Shown piece by piece: positions 12,303 to 24,300 of a stretch of 64,000 nt of DNA. Position numbers and translations under genes: made by a program. This stretch comes from Tubiluchus corallicola (taxonomy: Eukaryota; Animalia; Priapulida): the NCBI GenBank assembly GCA_030141605.1, contig JAQGDQ010002374.1, forward strand, positions 1-64,000, read 5' to 3'. Position 1 is the stretch's first letter. Every line of letters begins with the position of its first letter. The notes beneath the pieces were generated by a model that was not told where the DNA came from, did not search any database, and saw nothing but the letters and a program-made list of their open reading frames with translations.

Positions 12303-14081
12303 TCATAGTTCTTTGTTTAGGGTTTTATTTGTTGCTCTATCAATGTACAACTCCATTGCAGTCTTGCCAGAATTGTCTCGTTTGTTAATGTCAATCCCAT
12401 GTTTCACTAATGATTGCACCACTCCTGATTCCAAAGTTAGTTCTTCCTCAGCAGCAAAATGCAGTGCCGTCCAACCATCATTGTCAGTCAAGTTAGGATC
12501 TGTACCTGCTTCTAGTAGCAAACTAACAATGCGTTCTTTACCATTCCCGTCTGCATGCATCAACGCTGTCAGACCATTATTGTCAGTCACGTTAGGATCT
12601 GTACCTGCTTCTAGTAGCAAACTAACAATGCGTTCTTTACCATTCCTGGCTGCAAGCATCAACGCTGTTATACCATAATTGTCAGTCAAGTTAGGATCTG
12701 CACCTGCTTCTAGTAGCAAACTAACAATGCGTTCTTTACCATTCCTGGCTGCATCCATCAATGCTGTCCTACCATCATTGTCAGTCAAGTTAGGATCTGT
12801 ACCTGCTTCTAGTAGCAAACTAACAATGCGTTCTTTACCATTCCAGGCTGCATGCATCAACGCTGTTATACCATAATTGTCAGTCAAGTTAGGATGTGCA
12901 CCTGCTTCTAGTAGCAAACTAACAATGCGTTCTTTACCATTCCCGGCTGCATGCATCAACGCTGTTATACCATAATTGTCAGTCAAGTTAGGATGTGCAC
13001 CTGCTTCTAGTAGCAAACTAACAATGCGTTCTTTACCATTCCCGGCTGCAAGCATCAATGCCGTCCTACCATCATTGTCAGTCAAGTTAGGATCTGCACC
13101 TGCTTCTAGTAGCAAACTAACAATGAGTTCATTATCTCTCTCGGCTGCAAGCATCAATGCTGTCCAACCATCATTGTCAGTCAAGTTAGGATCTGCACCT
13201 GCTTCTAGTAGCAAACTAACAATGCGTTCATTACCCCACTCGGCTGCATCCATCAATGCTGTTCTACCATCATTGTCAGACAAGTTAGGATCTGCACCTG
13301 CTTCTAGTAGCAAACTAACACTGAGTTCATTACCATTCCCGGCTGCATGCATCAACGCTGTCCTACCATAATTGACAGTCAAGTTAGGATCTGCACCTGC
13401 TTCTAGTAGCAAACTAACAATGAGTTCTTTACCATTCCAGGCTGCCCACGTCAACGCTGTCCTACCATGATTGTCAGTCAAGTTAGGATCTGCACCTGCT
13501 TCTAGTAGCAAACTAACAGTGCCTTCGTAGCCTTCCTCGGCTGCAAGCATCAACGCTGTCCAACCATCATTGTCAGTCAAGTTAGGATGTGCACCTGCTT
13601 CTAGTAGCAAACTAACACTGAGTTCTTTACCATTAAAGGCTGCATGCATCAACGCTGTCCAACCACGATTGTCAGTCAAGTTAGGATGTGCACCTGCTTC
13701 TAGTAGCAAACTAACATTGCGTTCTTTACCCCACTCGGCTGCACGCATCAAAGCTGTACTACCATCATTGTTAGTCAAGTTAGGATCTGCACCTGCTTCT
13801 AGTAGCAAACTAACACTGAGTTCTTTATCTTTCCTGGCTGCATCCATCAATGCTGTAATACCACGATTGTTAGTCAAGTTAGGATCTGCACCTGCTTCTA
13901 GTAGCAAACTAACAATGTGTTCATTATCTTCCCAGACTGCCCACATCAATGCTGTGCCTCCATCTTCATCTTTAACATTGACATCAGCACGATCTTTTAT
14001 TAACCGTTTTACTTGCTCAGCATTATTAAGCCTTACTGCTCCATAGAGTTTTGTCCAACCATTTTCGTCTCTCTCGTCGAT
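12303..14081 (-). CDS. Ankyrin-repeat region (~17 repeats), N-terminal part of the ANK-cGLR gene; ends at an in-frame TGA
   Basis: 33-aa TALMxAAxxG.E.IVSLLLEAGAxPNLTDNxG units; the frame extends upstream of the ORF call to acceptor tttcag|ATC GAC GAG (IDERDENGWTKLYGAV) at 14081; no ATG there, so upstream exons are needed. Confidence 0.92.
   Translation of the reverse strand: MDERDENGWTKLYGAVRLNNAEQVKRLIKDRADVNVKDEDGGTALMWAVWEDNEHIVSLLLEAGADPNLTNNRGITALMDAARKDKELSVSLLLEAGADPNLTNNDGSTALMRAAEWGKERNVSLLLEAGAHPNLTDNRGWTALMHAAFNGKELSVSLLLEAGAHPNLTDNDGWTALMLAAEEGYEGTVSLLLEAGADPNLTDNHGRTALTWAAWNGKELIVSLLLEAGADPNLTVNYGRTALMHAAGNGNELSVSLLLEAGADPNLSDNDGRTALMDAAEWGNERIVSLLLEAGADPNLTDNDGWTALMLAAERDNELIVSLLLEAGADPNLTDNDGRTALMLAAGNGKERIVSLLLEAGAHPNLTDNYGITALMHAAGNGKERIVSLLLEAGAHPNLTDNYGITALMHAAWNGKERIVSLLLEAGTDPNLTDNDGRTALMDAARNGKERIVSLLLEAGADPNLTDNYGITALMLAARNGKERIVSLLLEAGTDPNVTDNNGLTALMHADGNGKERIVSLLLEAGTDPNLTDNDGWTALHFAAEEELTLESGVVQSLVKHGIDINKRDNSGKTAMELYIDRATNKTLNKEL
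12474..13958 (-). repeat. 15 x 99-bp coding tandem repeat with high internal conservation
   Basis: cctgcttctagtagcaaactaaca recurs unchanged every 99 bp. Confidence 0.95.
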
Positions 14082-14514
14082 CTGAAATCAGTTTAAAATC
14101 AGAGAAATTATAGAAACTAAGTTTTGACCTGCAATTTTTGCAAATTGTTAAATTTTTAGTGATCAGTCATTGTGACTTGAGTTTAAATCAAAAAAGTTCA
14201 AAGTTTGAAAAATTAAAGCTTTCTTCCACTTTGTTTTTGACTATTTTGATTAGCTGGAGTGAAAAGCATTAATGAGATACAGAAATTTACACTGTCTCCA
14301 TCAGCATAGTCTGGTGCACATTTGCCTGTGCAGATCTACAAATTGAAGTCATGTAAACGCTGCTTCCCTAGATGATTTTGTGTAGTCAGAGTTGTGTAAA
14401 AAGACAAACATGTTAGACCCATCTGCCGATGACAAATAATGCGCAAACTTTCTACAAATTGTTTTTTTTTGAGAAATTGCTACAAAGCAGTATCATCTTG
14501 ATTTACCCGAATTT

Positions 14515-16183
14515 TTATTATGTCCATTTTGATCTTTTATACTTTTTTATTTTTGTCTCTCGTGGTGTTTATTTAGCTTTGAATGTGACCCGATCGCCAC
14601 AGGCCAAAGCTGTGAAAGATGTCAAAGGTCACAGGTAGGCAGGCGTCCGCGAGTTCCATTGGCTTTATCCTATTGGCTCAATACGTTGAACTCGGGTCAC
14701 AGTTTCTGTGCATATTGCTATGTGGGGTCAACGCCTAGTGAGTGGGTGAATATAGGTCATGTGCATTTTCTCTAGGGCATAAAAACTGAAATGAATGCTT
14801 CGTATTCATGCATAGCACGATAGAATGGAGGCAGTTTTTTACAGCTTGAAACCAACAGCTATCTGGTCAAAAAATGTCAACTTTCGATTTTATTAAATTC
14901 AAAACACAGATACAAAATAACAAGGCATGGTGAGATCAATGGAAAAAGTATCTATACCCTCGGACACAATGACAGTAAATTATTTATGACCTTTTTCAGT
15001 CATTAATTGTGATACTTCATTCAGTCAAACTTCAAATGAACTTGAAAGAAAATTGTATAGTAAAAAAGTACGCATTATCCTGTATTCGAACCAATAAACT
15101 TTGGATTATTAAAGTAATAGCATGAAAGTACAGAACTATCATGAAGCAAACCCCTTCTATCCTTTACGTCTCTTTTGTTTCATGTATAGTGTACATGATG
15201 TGGAGTGGATTGTTTTTTGTGAGAGGTGAGGCACGTGTGGGTGGTGTGGTGGGTGTAGCATGGCTTGGTTTGTGTGGTGTGATGTGGCAAGCTATGGGTG
15301 GTGTGATGCGACTTGTGTATTGTGGGTCGTGTTGGCGGAATGGTGTGATGTGGTGTGTTTTGTTGAGGGTGGGGTAGTGTGGATGGTGGTATGGTGTGAT
15401 TTGTCCACGCCAAAATTTTTTCCAGGGTTGGGCTGGTAAAAATTTATTGCTGGTAGGCCTAACAACAAAGACACTGCAGTCTGGAGACACGTGTTTCAAG
15501 ATTTAAGAACGTATTTTATTCATTCTTCTGTGTGCTCACGTTGGGTGCGTGACTTTATTATTTTTTCCATTGTTTTGGGTAATTGCAGCTCAATTTTTAC
15601 CAAAAGTTATGAGATGAGGCATTGTTTGATTTGAGTTAATACATTTACTAACCATAAGTTGTAGAGTGACATCTTGTATGCGGGAAAATCACAAACAGAA
15701 AGGCTTAGAATAATTTTGAATTATAAAAAAATGAGATGAACTTAGAATTAATGTTAGCTGCATAAACTGTTTGAGTGAGTATTTTCAAAGTGAATAGGAT
15801 GCCTTGTGTACCCCCTGTGGTAATGCTGGTGGAACATTGTCAAATCGCATCTTATTCTGGCACGAACATTTTAATTTTTAGTCACATAAGTCTTTTCAGC
15901 AGGTGTGCGAAGTGGTAAGTAATACAGATTTTCATGGAAAGTTTTTTGGGTTATAATTTAACATTGCATTTTCCTCCCCTGAGTTATGTCTGAGTAGGTG
16001 ACGTCATGTATTGGAACGGATGGAACAGTGTTGCGAGAGATTGAAAATATAAGCAAAAAAATTCCTTTTAACGCAAGTACGATATACACATTAAATTGGA
16101 TTCAAACAGAATAATTTTTCAGGCCATTTTTGTGAAACCTACTTTAGGCACCTATTTTCTTGTCCTTTAAATTAATAACTATA
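14515..16183 (-). repeat. Inter-gene spacer unit of the ZER1-like array (long form with CAC-rich microsatellite); possibly a non-autonomous DNA-transposon remnant
   Basis: Reverse complement of 38548-40210 and ~53550-55213; short forms at ~20115-20900 and 63510-64000; begins TTAA|AGGACAAG; contains paired CCAAT-like motifs near its 3' end. Confidence 0.7.
15220..15400. repeat. (GTGTG/GGT)n low-complexity microsatellite; related CAC-rich tracts at 16230-16340, 39330-39530 and 54335-54535
   Basis: Direct sequence composition. Confidence 0.85.
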
Positions 16184-17403
16184 CTAGCCAAACCCCACAA
16201 AAAGAATTTTGTGCACAAATCAACACAAAACCCACACCACACCACTCCACCTCATCACACCACACTGCACCACACCATACCACTCCACCACATCACACCG
16301 CACAGCACCACACCATAACACCACACTGTACCACACCACCCGCTCAGCTTAGCAAACTACAGAAGCACCAACTGCACAGCTAGACATTTTGAAAATTATA
16401 TTTATGAGAGATTTGCCAAGTATAATTATTATTAATCTTATTGCGAGGTAAAAAAACTGATTTTAGCTGACATAACATGACACACAATATACAACAAATC
16501 TAATCTTATAAAAAACAAATAAAATTTAAAAATAAATGAGCAGACAATCACTCCTTTTTGGTAAATATGTTTCATCTCGGAGCGCCAGTAAAGTGATAAA
16601 TTCCAGGGGTGTGCAAACCGCGGCCCACCGAGAAATGTTGTGCAACCTAATAAAAGTGCGACCCAGGCAATGAATTGAGTCGCAGGTATCAGGAGGTTGT
16701 TTCCTGCTAAAGTCCACAATAAGAGGACCAACCAGCCAATCTCCAGGTTTCTATTATAGGGCCCGTTGTGTCAGCCCAGGCATCGCCTTGGTCATCGTAG
16801 GTTGATCATTTTCGTTTGGCAATTTTATAATATATGTTTTATTCAAATAATAACCAAGTCGAAATGGCCTGCCTACTACCTAAAAGAAAGCGACTTGGCC
16901 AATCAATTTATAGGTAGCTTGCAAGTTTAAAGTGTGGTCACCTTTGATATGGGGGATTCCCAGATTTTAGTTTCTGTTTAACCTCGATCAGTTGTTGTTT
17001 CAGCATTTCAACAGGTGTAATGTTCTTATAGATCAGAATCAGAGCTAATGTGCATTGTAATAAGATTACCAATATCTGACAAAAAAGTTGAATTCTATAG
17101 TTTTAACATTTAATAACTTCTAGAATAGTTTTCCTCGGTGTAGTAGCAATGATGCGTGTTGTAGATCAGATGCCAAAAAATCTCTATTAGGCCCTCCTGT
17201 TCTTGGCTCCTTGGCCAAACTGTGTGCGGCCCACTGGAATTGCTAAAAAATTTAATGTGGACCAGCTAGTGAGATAATTTGCACACCCCTAATCTACAGG
17301 ATTAAGCAATCTCTGGAGTGAAAAATTATCCATCAACTTATCTTATCACAGTGCCACAAACACAAAGTAGAAATGCAACAAATAATTACTAGCTATAACA
17401 TAC

Positions 17404-19485
17404 CGTTGAATCCGTGTTGAACCGATCCATTCCATTTATTAAAGCAGTAATAATTTTCCTAAGAAAGAATTTCATATTTATTGTTGGATTTTAAAATGTT
17501 CAAAGCACTAATTTGCTGTTTTCAATGTGACGTGTGCAATACTAGTTGCCTAATTATATTGCATCAAAATATACATACAATAATCAATTTTCAAGAGGTG
17601 TTCCTAAAAAACTTCATGTTGTATTGAGAGAAAATTTACAAGTATAATATTTAGTATATGCGATGTATGAAATGTATGTCATTTACTACATTTACAAAAA
17701 ATTAAATGCAAAACTAGTGCTACAGGCCACCAAGTGCTCAATATTTTTACACAATGATAGTGATACCCAGGAAAAACACTGCTAAAAGTTCCAGCAAGCA
17801 TACGAACTAGACTGCCTTTATACAATCACATTTTGTGAAAATTTGACTAAATTAAATGAACTAAATTCGATTAACTCGATTTAATTAAAAATCATAAAAT
17901 CCAGTTACAGCAAATGCATATAAAAAAGACTAGCTAGCTTTAAAATCACTTCATCAATTCATTCTAATGTTTCAGTAAACATGGAGCTTTTTTCATACAT
18001 ATAAGCAGTAAATAGCACTGCGTTCACAATTAACTCACCTTTTTATTTCCGAAGTAAAAATTGGCTTCTCACGACTCTTCATAATAAGAAACAGACACTC
18101 ACTAAGTACAAAAAAATAAATTTTCAATCTTGTTACTAACTATGAACATAAAAACAAATTTGCTTTGCTGAACTATCTAAGCATCTTATACGATTTGTCT
18201 CTAGCATTTTCATACTTAACACATTTTTATGCTAAACCTTCACCTGATATTTACTAACACATGAGAATTACTAATTTATGTTAAAGCTACAAACTCTATA
18301 AAACTGACATAGCTCTTACCTCCCAGATATCTGCACTTGTTCATTATCAGCATGGGTTTCCATAGCTAATAGAACCAACTGAAAAATAAAATGTTTTTGA
18401 CATTAGTGGCTCAAGAAAACGCTGTAAAAATGTTTTGAATTTGAATGTGTGGCCAATTAACAGACTGGTCCTACAAATGGCAACTAGATATAGCTGCACA
18501 CAAATGCACCATAAGGGCTTTGGCAATCCTTATCTTCAGTATTTTCTTGATGGCACCCCCCCAGCCTTATGCATAGTAACAAATGTAATGACATGGGTGT
18601 TACAGTATCATCCGATTTGAAATTCTCAACACATTGTAAAACCATAGTTTCTAAAGCATTTTGTATGGTAAATATGATTTTTCGGTGTTTCTACACTAAA
18701 AACAGAACTGCACCTTTGACTGCTTATAGAGATTATGTGCATCCCTTGTTGGAGTACTGCTCATCAGTGTGGTCCCCTCACCATATGCAAGATATTGACA
18801 GCATTGAAAAGGTTCAGGGATATTTTTCTCGTAGGCTGTTCCTATGATGTCAGTTTAATTTGGTTTCTTATTTAGACAGACTGTCAGAACTAGAATTGCA
18901 GCCATTCGAATTGAGGTGCCTTGTCTGTGATCTTAAGATGGTGTACAAAATTTGTCGTAAAATACTGGGTCTAAGTTTTCATGATTTTTTTCTAGTATGC
19001 TACAACCAATCACTTGTCTGGTGACAACTTTAAACTATTTACGTCTTTCTCGAGATTAAAAGCAAAAAAATTTTCCTTTGCTGAAAAAGTTGTAAACATT
19101 TGTAATGCTCTGGATCCTCACAATTTTAATATATGTATAAATGTCAAAAATAAATATACAAATGAATAATAAAAACATAATGAGAATGTAGATACTCGAG
19201 TTTGTGTAGAAAATGAAAGTAGTTTACTTTATACTGTTTAACAAGCTTGTCTGACAACAAAGCACATGATCCGCTAGTTACAGTTATTAAAGAAATTTCA
19301 AAGTAACTTTAAAACCAACATGTTTTGCCCTATTAGTATAATTGTGAATTTACTCATGTTCACTGTACCTCAAGTGCGCGGTGGTTATAATGCACTGTCG
19401 TTGTCCTATATAGTTGAAGTAAATCATTCAATGACTTTAGTAGCTCTTCAACTCTGTCCATGTTGTGTTCCAGTGATGTTATAAT
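17404..19485 (-). pseudogene. ZER1-like ARM paralog A', truncated: exons 1-4 only (19485-19369, 18378-18320, 18101-18039, 17458-17404)
   Basis: All four exons are open with GT-AG ends (IITSLEHNMDRVEELLKSLNDLLQLY..., LVLLAMETHADNEQVQISGS, ECLFLIMKSREKPIFTSEIKR, KIITALINGMDRFNTDST); homology to the other copies breaks at ~16343, just before exon 5. Confidence 0.75.
18452..19105 (+). mobile_element. CR1-like LINE 3' fragment in intron 1 of copy A'
   Basis: MGVTVSSDLKFSTHC...HPLLEYCSSVWSPHH...IEKVQ, a CR1-type RT C-terminal motif. Confidence 0.8.
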
Positions 19486-21330
19486 CTGTTGAATCAAGTA
19501 ACAGACTGACATTAATATCTAATTAAATGACTAGAAATACAAGTGCATTGATTAAACACAACAGCCTGAATACAAACACACAAGTGCTTGACTAAATATC
19601 GAAAAGTGGCAAAATAAAACAATTCTAAACTCGCCTTAATATATTTTCTTGATATTTTGACTACCTTACAAAAAATATCAACATAATTATCACTTTTAGT
19701 GATATTTTAAAACAGTAGCTTAATTAGTTTTAATTATGTAGCCACATTTCTGATCTCACGTACTCTAAAATAAAAGCTCAACATCTGTGACCAAAGCAAC
19801 CCGCAAATGACATGCTGTTACATTTTCAACTCTGCTGATCATTGTAAAGTGATTGTGTCACAGTGTCTTGTGCCAGGGAATCTAGTGATCGACTCTAGTG
19901 CATGTTGGGAAGGGTGTAGTGACATCAGAGATATTTCGTTTGTCAGGATCTCTTCTTAACACGTGACTGCTAAAACTAACTTGAATTTAATTGCTGCTAG
20001 GGCAAATTCCGAGTCGTTAAGATTAATGTGAAATACTTTGCTTTGTGCTGCATCATGGAAAGTCTCACAGAAGAACACACAATCTCATTTGAATTAAATT
20101 TCCTTAGGGCATTTTTATGTGCATTTTGATCTTTTATACTTTTTTATTTTTGTCTCTCGCGGTGCTCATTTAGCTTTGAATGTGACCCAATAGCCCCAGG
20201 CCAAAGCTGTGAAAGATGTCAAAGGTTACAGATGGGCAGGCGTCCCCGAGTTCCATTGGCTTTATCCTATTGGCTAAATACGTTGAACTCGGGTCACTGT
20301 TTCTGCGTATATTGCTATGTGGGGTCGACACCTAGTGAGTGGATGAATATAGGTCATGTGCATTTTCTCTGAGGCCTGAAAACTAAAATGAATGCTTCGT
20401 ATTCATGCATAGCAGATATAATGGAGCCAGTTTTTTACAGATTGAGACCAACAGCCGTCTGGTCAAAAAATGTCAACTTTCGATTTTATTGAAATCAAAA
20501 CACATTTACAAAATAACAAGGCATTGTGAGATCAAAGGAAAAAGTATATATACCCTCGGACACCATGACAGTAAATTATTTGACCTTTTTCAGTCATTAA
20601 GTATGACACTTTATTCAGTCAAACCTCAACAGAATTTGAAAGAAAATTGTAAAGTAAAAAAGTCAAGCCTGTATTCGAATCAGTAACCCTTTGATTATTA
20701 AAACAATAGCAGGAATGTGCAGAGCAATGATGAAGCAAACCCCTTCTATCCTTTACATCTTTTTTTGTTTCACGTATAGTGTACATGATGCCGAGTACGA
20801 TATATGCATTAAATTTGATTCAAACTAATATAATTTTTAAGGCCATTTTTCTGAAACCTACTTTAGGCACCCCTTTTCTTGTCCTTTAAATTAATAAATA
20901 TATTTGATAATGAAAACATCACTGAACAAGCTTTAGAGTCAGTACTAATGACTTGAGCAGAAAAAGTGAAAATGCAGCAAACACAATTAAGAGTTTCAAA
21001 TAACAGCCGATTGTTTGCTTAACAACCGCCAGTTTAACAACATTATCAGTTAAGTATCACTGAGCCTGTTCAGTACAAATATCTGTGACCATCGGGTCCA
21101 ACACTCACTCAATTCATTCACCTTACTGTCTCTGGGTGTTTATTTTGCTGACACATGATGTCCTAACATGATGACACATGATGTACTTCGAACGAGACAA
21201 AGACACCACTGCTGGTTTAGTGCCTCGTCTTAGAAGAATAGCCTTGATAGTCTTTTAAACACATTTTTGCACGTAATGTAGCCTTTGGTTAGGACAGGAT
21301 AGTTGATAACAACTGTCAGTCACAGGAGGT

Positions 21331-24300
21331 TCATTGACAGTTGTGAACAGGCATAAAGCAACACTTCTTATTAGTGTTACGGGACTCACTGAATAGATAA
21401 TCTAATGCACTTACACTATTTTGATCAGTTAAATCCCAATATTCACGATAATTAGCCAGAATAATGCGAGCAAATCGCTTTATGTGACTGTACGGAGCCG
21501 GATGATGTATCAGTGCATCCAGTTCCTCCAATCCACCTTCTGTTTTAATCAATCCGCAATACTTGCTAGCTGCAATGCAGAACTCAACTTAATCAACAAA
21601 GAGCTGTCTATAATCTAATTAAACAACAACAGTAGTTGGCTGTAATGTTAAAAACAGATCAGAATGAAAGAGCAGTCACAGTAATATAGAAAGGTTAACC
21701 TTAACAGAAATGCTAGGGGAGTTAAAACATCACAGACAGAAAACAGACAATTTCCAAACTTAATTCACTTTGAGGTGTAGTAACAGATTTTAATTTTATC
21801 TTAGTTTCCAAATTAAAAGATAAGTGTAATCAATATTATCAAGCTATTACCTCTTTTCATTAACTTTGTTCGTTAAACAAAAACAGACTGTAATTTTACA
21901 AAAAGTCAAGCATTAATTAATTTCATTCATACTTACGATCAACTTTTGTAAAATTGGCAAGAGTCCACACTGCCCAATGTTGAACTTGAGGTGTTTGATA
22001 ACAAGGAAGCAAGCGAAGAATCGGTTCAAATGAACTGCAAATATGACAAAATTCCATCAAAATGGAATAAAGCTAAAAAGACGCCACTGATCTGAAAATG
22101 TTAGCGGTGCCTGTTTTAGTTTTTACAACTCACAAAAAGATAAAAAAGAGAAATTGGAGTTCAAGAGACATGCAATGAATTTGCCATTTTTGTAATACCC
22201 AGTAAAGCAGTAGAATTTATATTAGTTTTTCTTAATTCCTGGTTACATTATGTAAATAATTCCAAGATCGGTCAAATGACAGTTAATTGTGGACACTGTT
22301 GTCAGCATAAAAAAAGGCGAAATTATGGTCTACTAAAGAAATGCATTTAACTAATTAAATGAAAAATCATAATAAAAGATCATTCCTTGGTGATTCAGGA
22401 GCTTGAGAACACCTTAGTCCTATATATTTCACATTTTGGTCTATTAAAATCGGCGGCATAGCTCAGTTGGTAGTGTCTTCATTTCCCACCCTGGACGAGG
22501 CAGGTTCAACTCCAGCTGAGTCATACCAGACTAAAAATGATACCGCTGCTTATTCAACCAAGCATGTGGGTTTATCGAAGTCACAGACAGATAATAATAA
22601 TCGGGATCAACTTGGAAATAAGTATTGAGTTAATTAAGCCCAGCACTATGTCCCAAATGAAATTTTTATTACTGTTTTCTTTCCATCGAGCTAATGTATC
22701 TTTCTTCATGTGAAAGAAATGTATCATAAATTGAATTAGGGCAGGTTAATCTGCCAGCACCTGTAGTTAATTCTTAGCTCTTCATTCACTCTCAAGCTTT
22801 TAATAGCCTTTTCCATTCTGCCCAAAACGTCAACCCTTCTTGGACTTTTTATTGTCCAACTGCTCGGCCCATCTGAAGCTATGTGAGCGAGGACACCAAC
22901 TGACGTATAGCTGACCTCTATACCATCACTAGTCCTGTCCAACAGCTCACTGAGTTACATAAAAAAATTAATAACAATTTAAAAATCAACAAAGACACTA
23001 AACAGAATAATCTTAGTTGATCTGAGTGTCAATAAAAGAAACTTCTACGAACAATAAACATGACAAACCAACCGACAAATTGCCTCACATTTCAAACGAC
23101 TCAGCATTTTAGTATTTAGTGACACTAATGTGGTAAACTTTCTTGAAATGGCACGACAAGCTTAGTGCACTATCATCAAGTGGCAAAATTGAAACATTGT
23201 AAAATAGCAACTCTTTACTATTAGTAAATTACTCTTTACTAGCTTTACTTTAATAAACTATGTTACCCACCTAAAAACACTGATGTACTTAGTTGTCATC
23301 ATATGACGTCTTAATTCTTTAACTTCAGCCACATTGCTTAGCAAACCCATCATACTTCCAAGCAATTCATCCCGCTCTGGAAACTTCTAAGAAAATAACA
23401 AGAACAATTTGGTGATACTAAGAACATTCATAAGCAACAAGCACTGTCATTTAACTATAAAATTGACTTGACTAATTAATAAGTTGTAAATCGGAAAAAT
23501 CTGCTTAATGAATCACTCACTCTCCAGCACTGCAAGAACAAATGCATTCCATTTCCAGCCAAAAACCGACGACAGTTTGAAGGCGTTTCGTCTACAGCAA
23601 CAAAGAAGTTCTCAAGTTAACTGACTGAAGCAACATTCATACTCTACAGCATAACAATTAAATTAAACAAATTTCAATGCAAAACATGTTATACTAATAT
23701 AATAACATTAAGTACAATAAACGCTTCATGGTAAATTAACCACATGAAACCATATCCATAACTAATTACGATCTCAAAAAGAGGAAATCTTTAAAACTTC
23801 AACAATTTAAAGTCACACGAACAATCATCAAAGATTGTAATTTCAATTCTTCGGGCAGCATCAATTTTTATAAATATATTTTATTAGAACGCTGGGTATA
23901 ACATCAACTAACTGTAACTTTAAAGAGCAAACATCATTTTCTGTATGAACCTAACTTCTTTCTTTGGCAAAACTTAAGAGTTTTTGGCATATGCATGTTT
24001 TATGCAATTATATTATTTGCTAAAACATTGCTGCTATGCAAAAAATGGCCAGTTTACATGGCAACACTGGTGTAAAGTAATATCACATATGAATTAACAT
24101 CATAAAACTGGCAGTACTCAATACATACATACCAGTAACATTCAACATTGTCTTCCAAGCAAGGTGCATCACATTATCGCAAACTTGATTCTCTAGACGT
24201 TTCATTATCACAGCTAACATTATCTACAATATCAGAATTGAATTTTATAACTTCATTGTTGATTTTGTTAATATTCCACCTGCAACAGTTTTATCATGTT

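Noticed and set aside
11806-14046. Plus-strand ORFs such as MSVKLGSAPASSSKLT...
   Set aside because: Antisense shadows of the ankyrin/cGLR coding strand
15141-15499. Overlapping His/Thr/Pro-rich ORFs, also at 39230-39588 and 54233-54591
   Set aside because: Produced by a stop-poor CAC/GTG microsatellite
22452-22530. Functional tRNA gene
   Set aside because: Only the A and B boxes are tRNA-like; no closing acceptor stem, and it runs into a SINE body and tail
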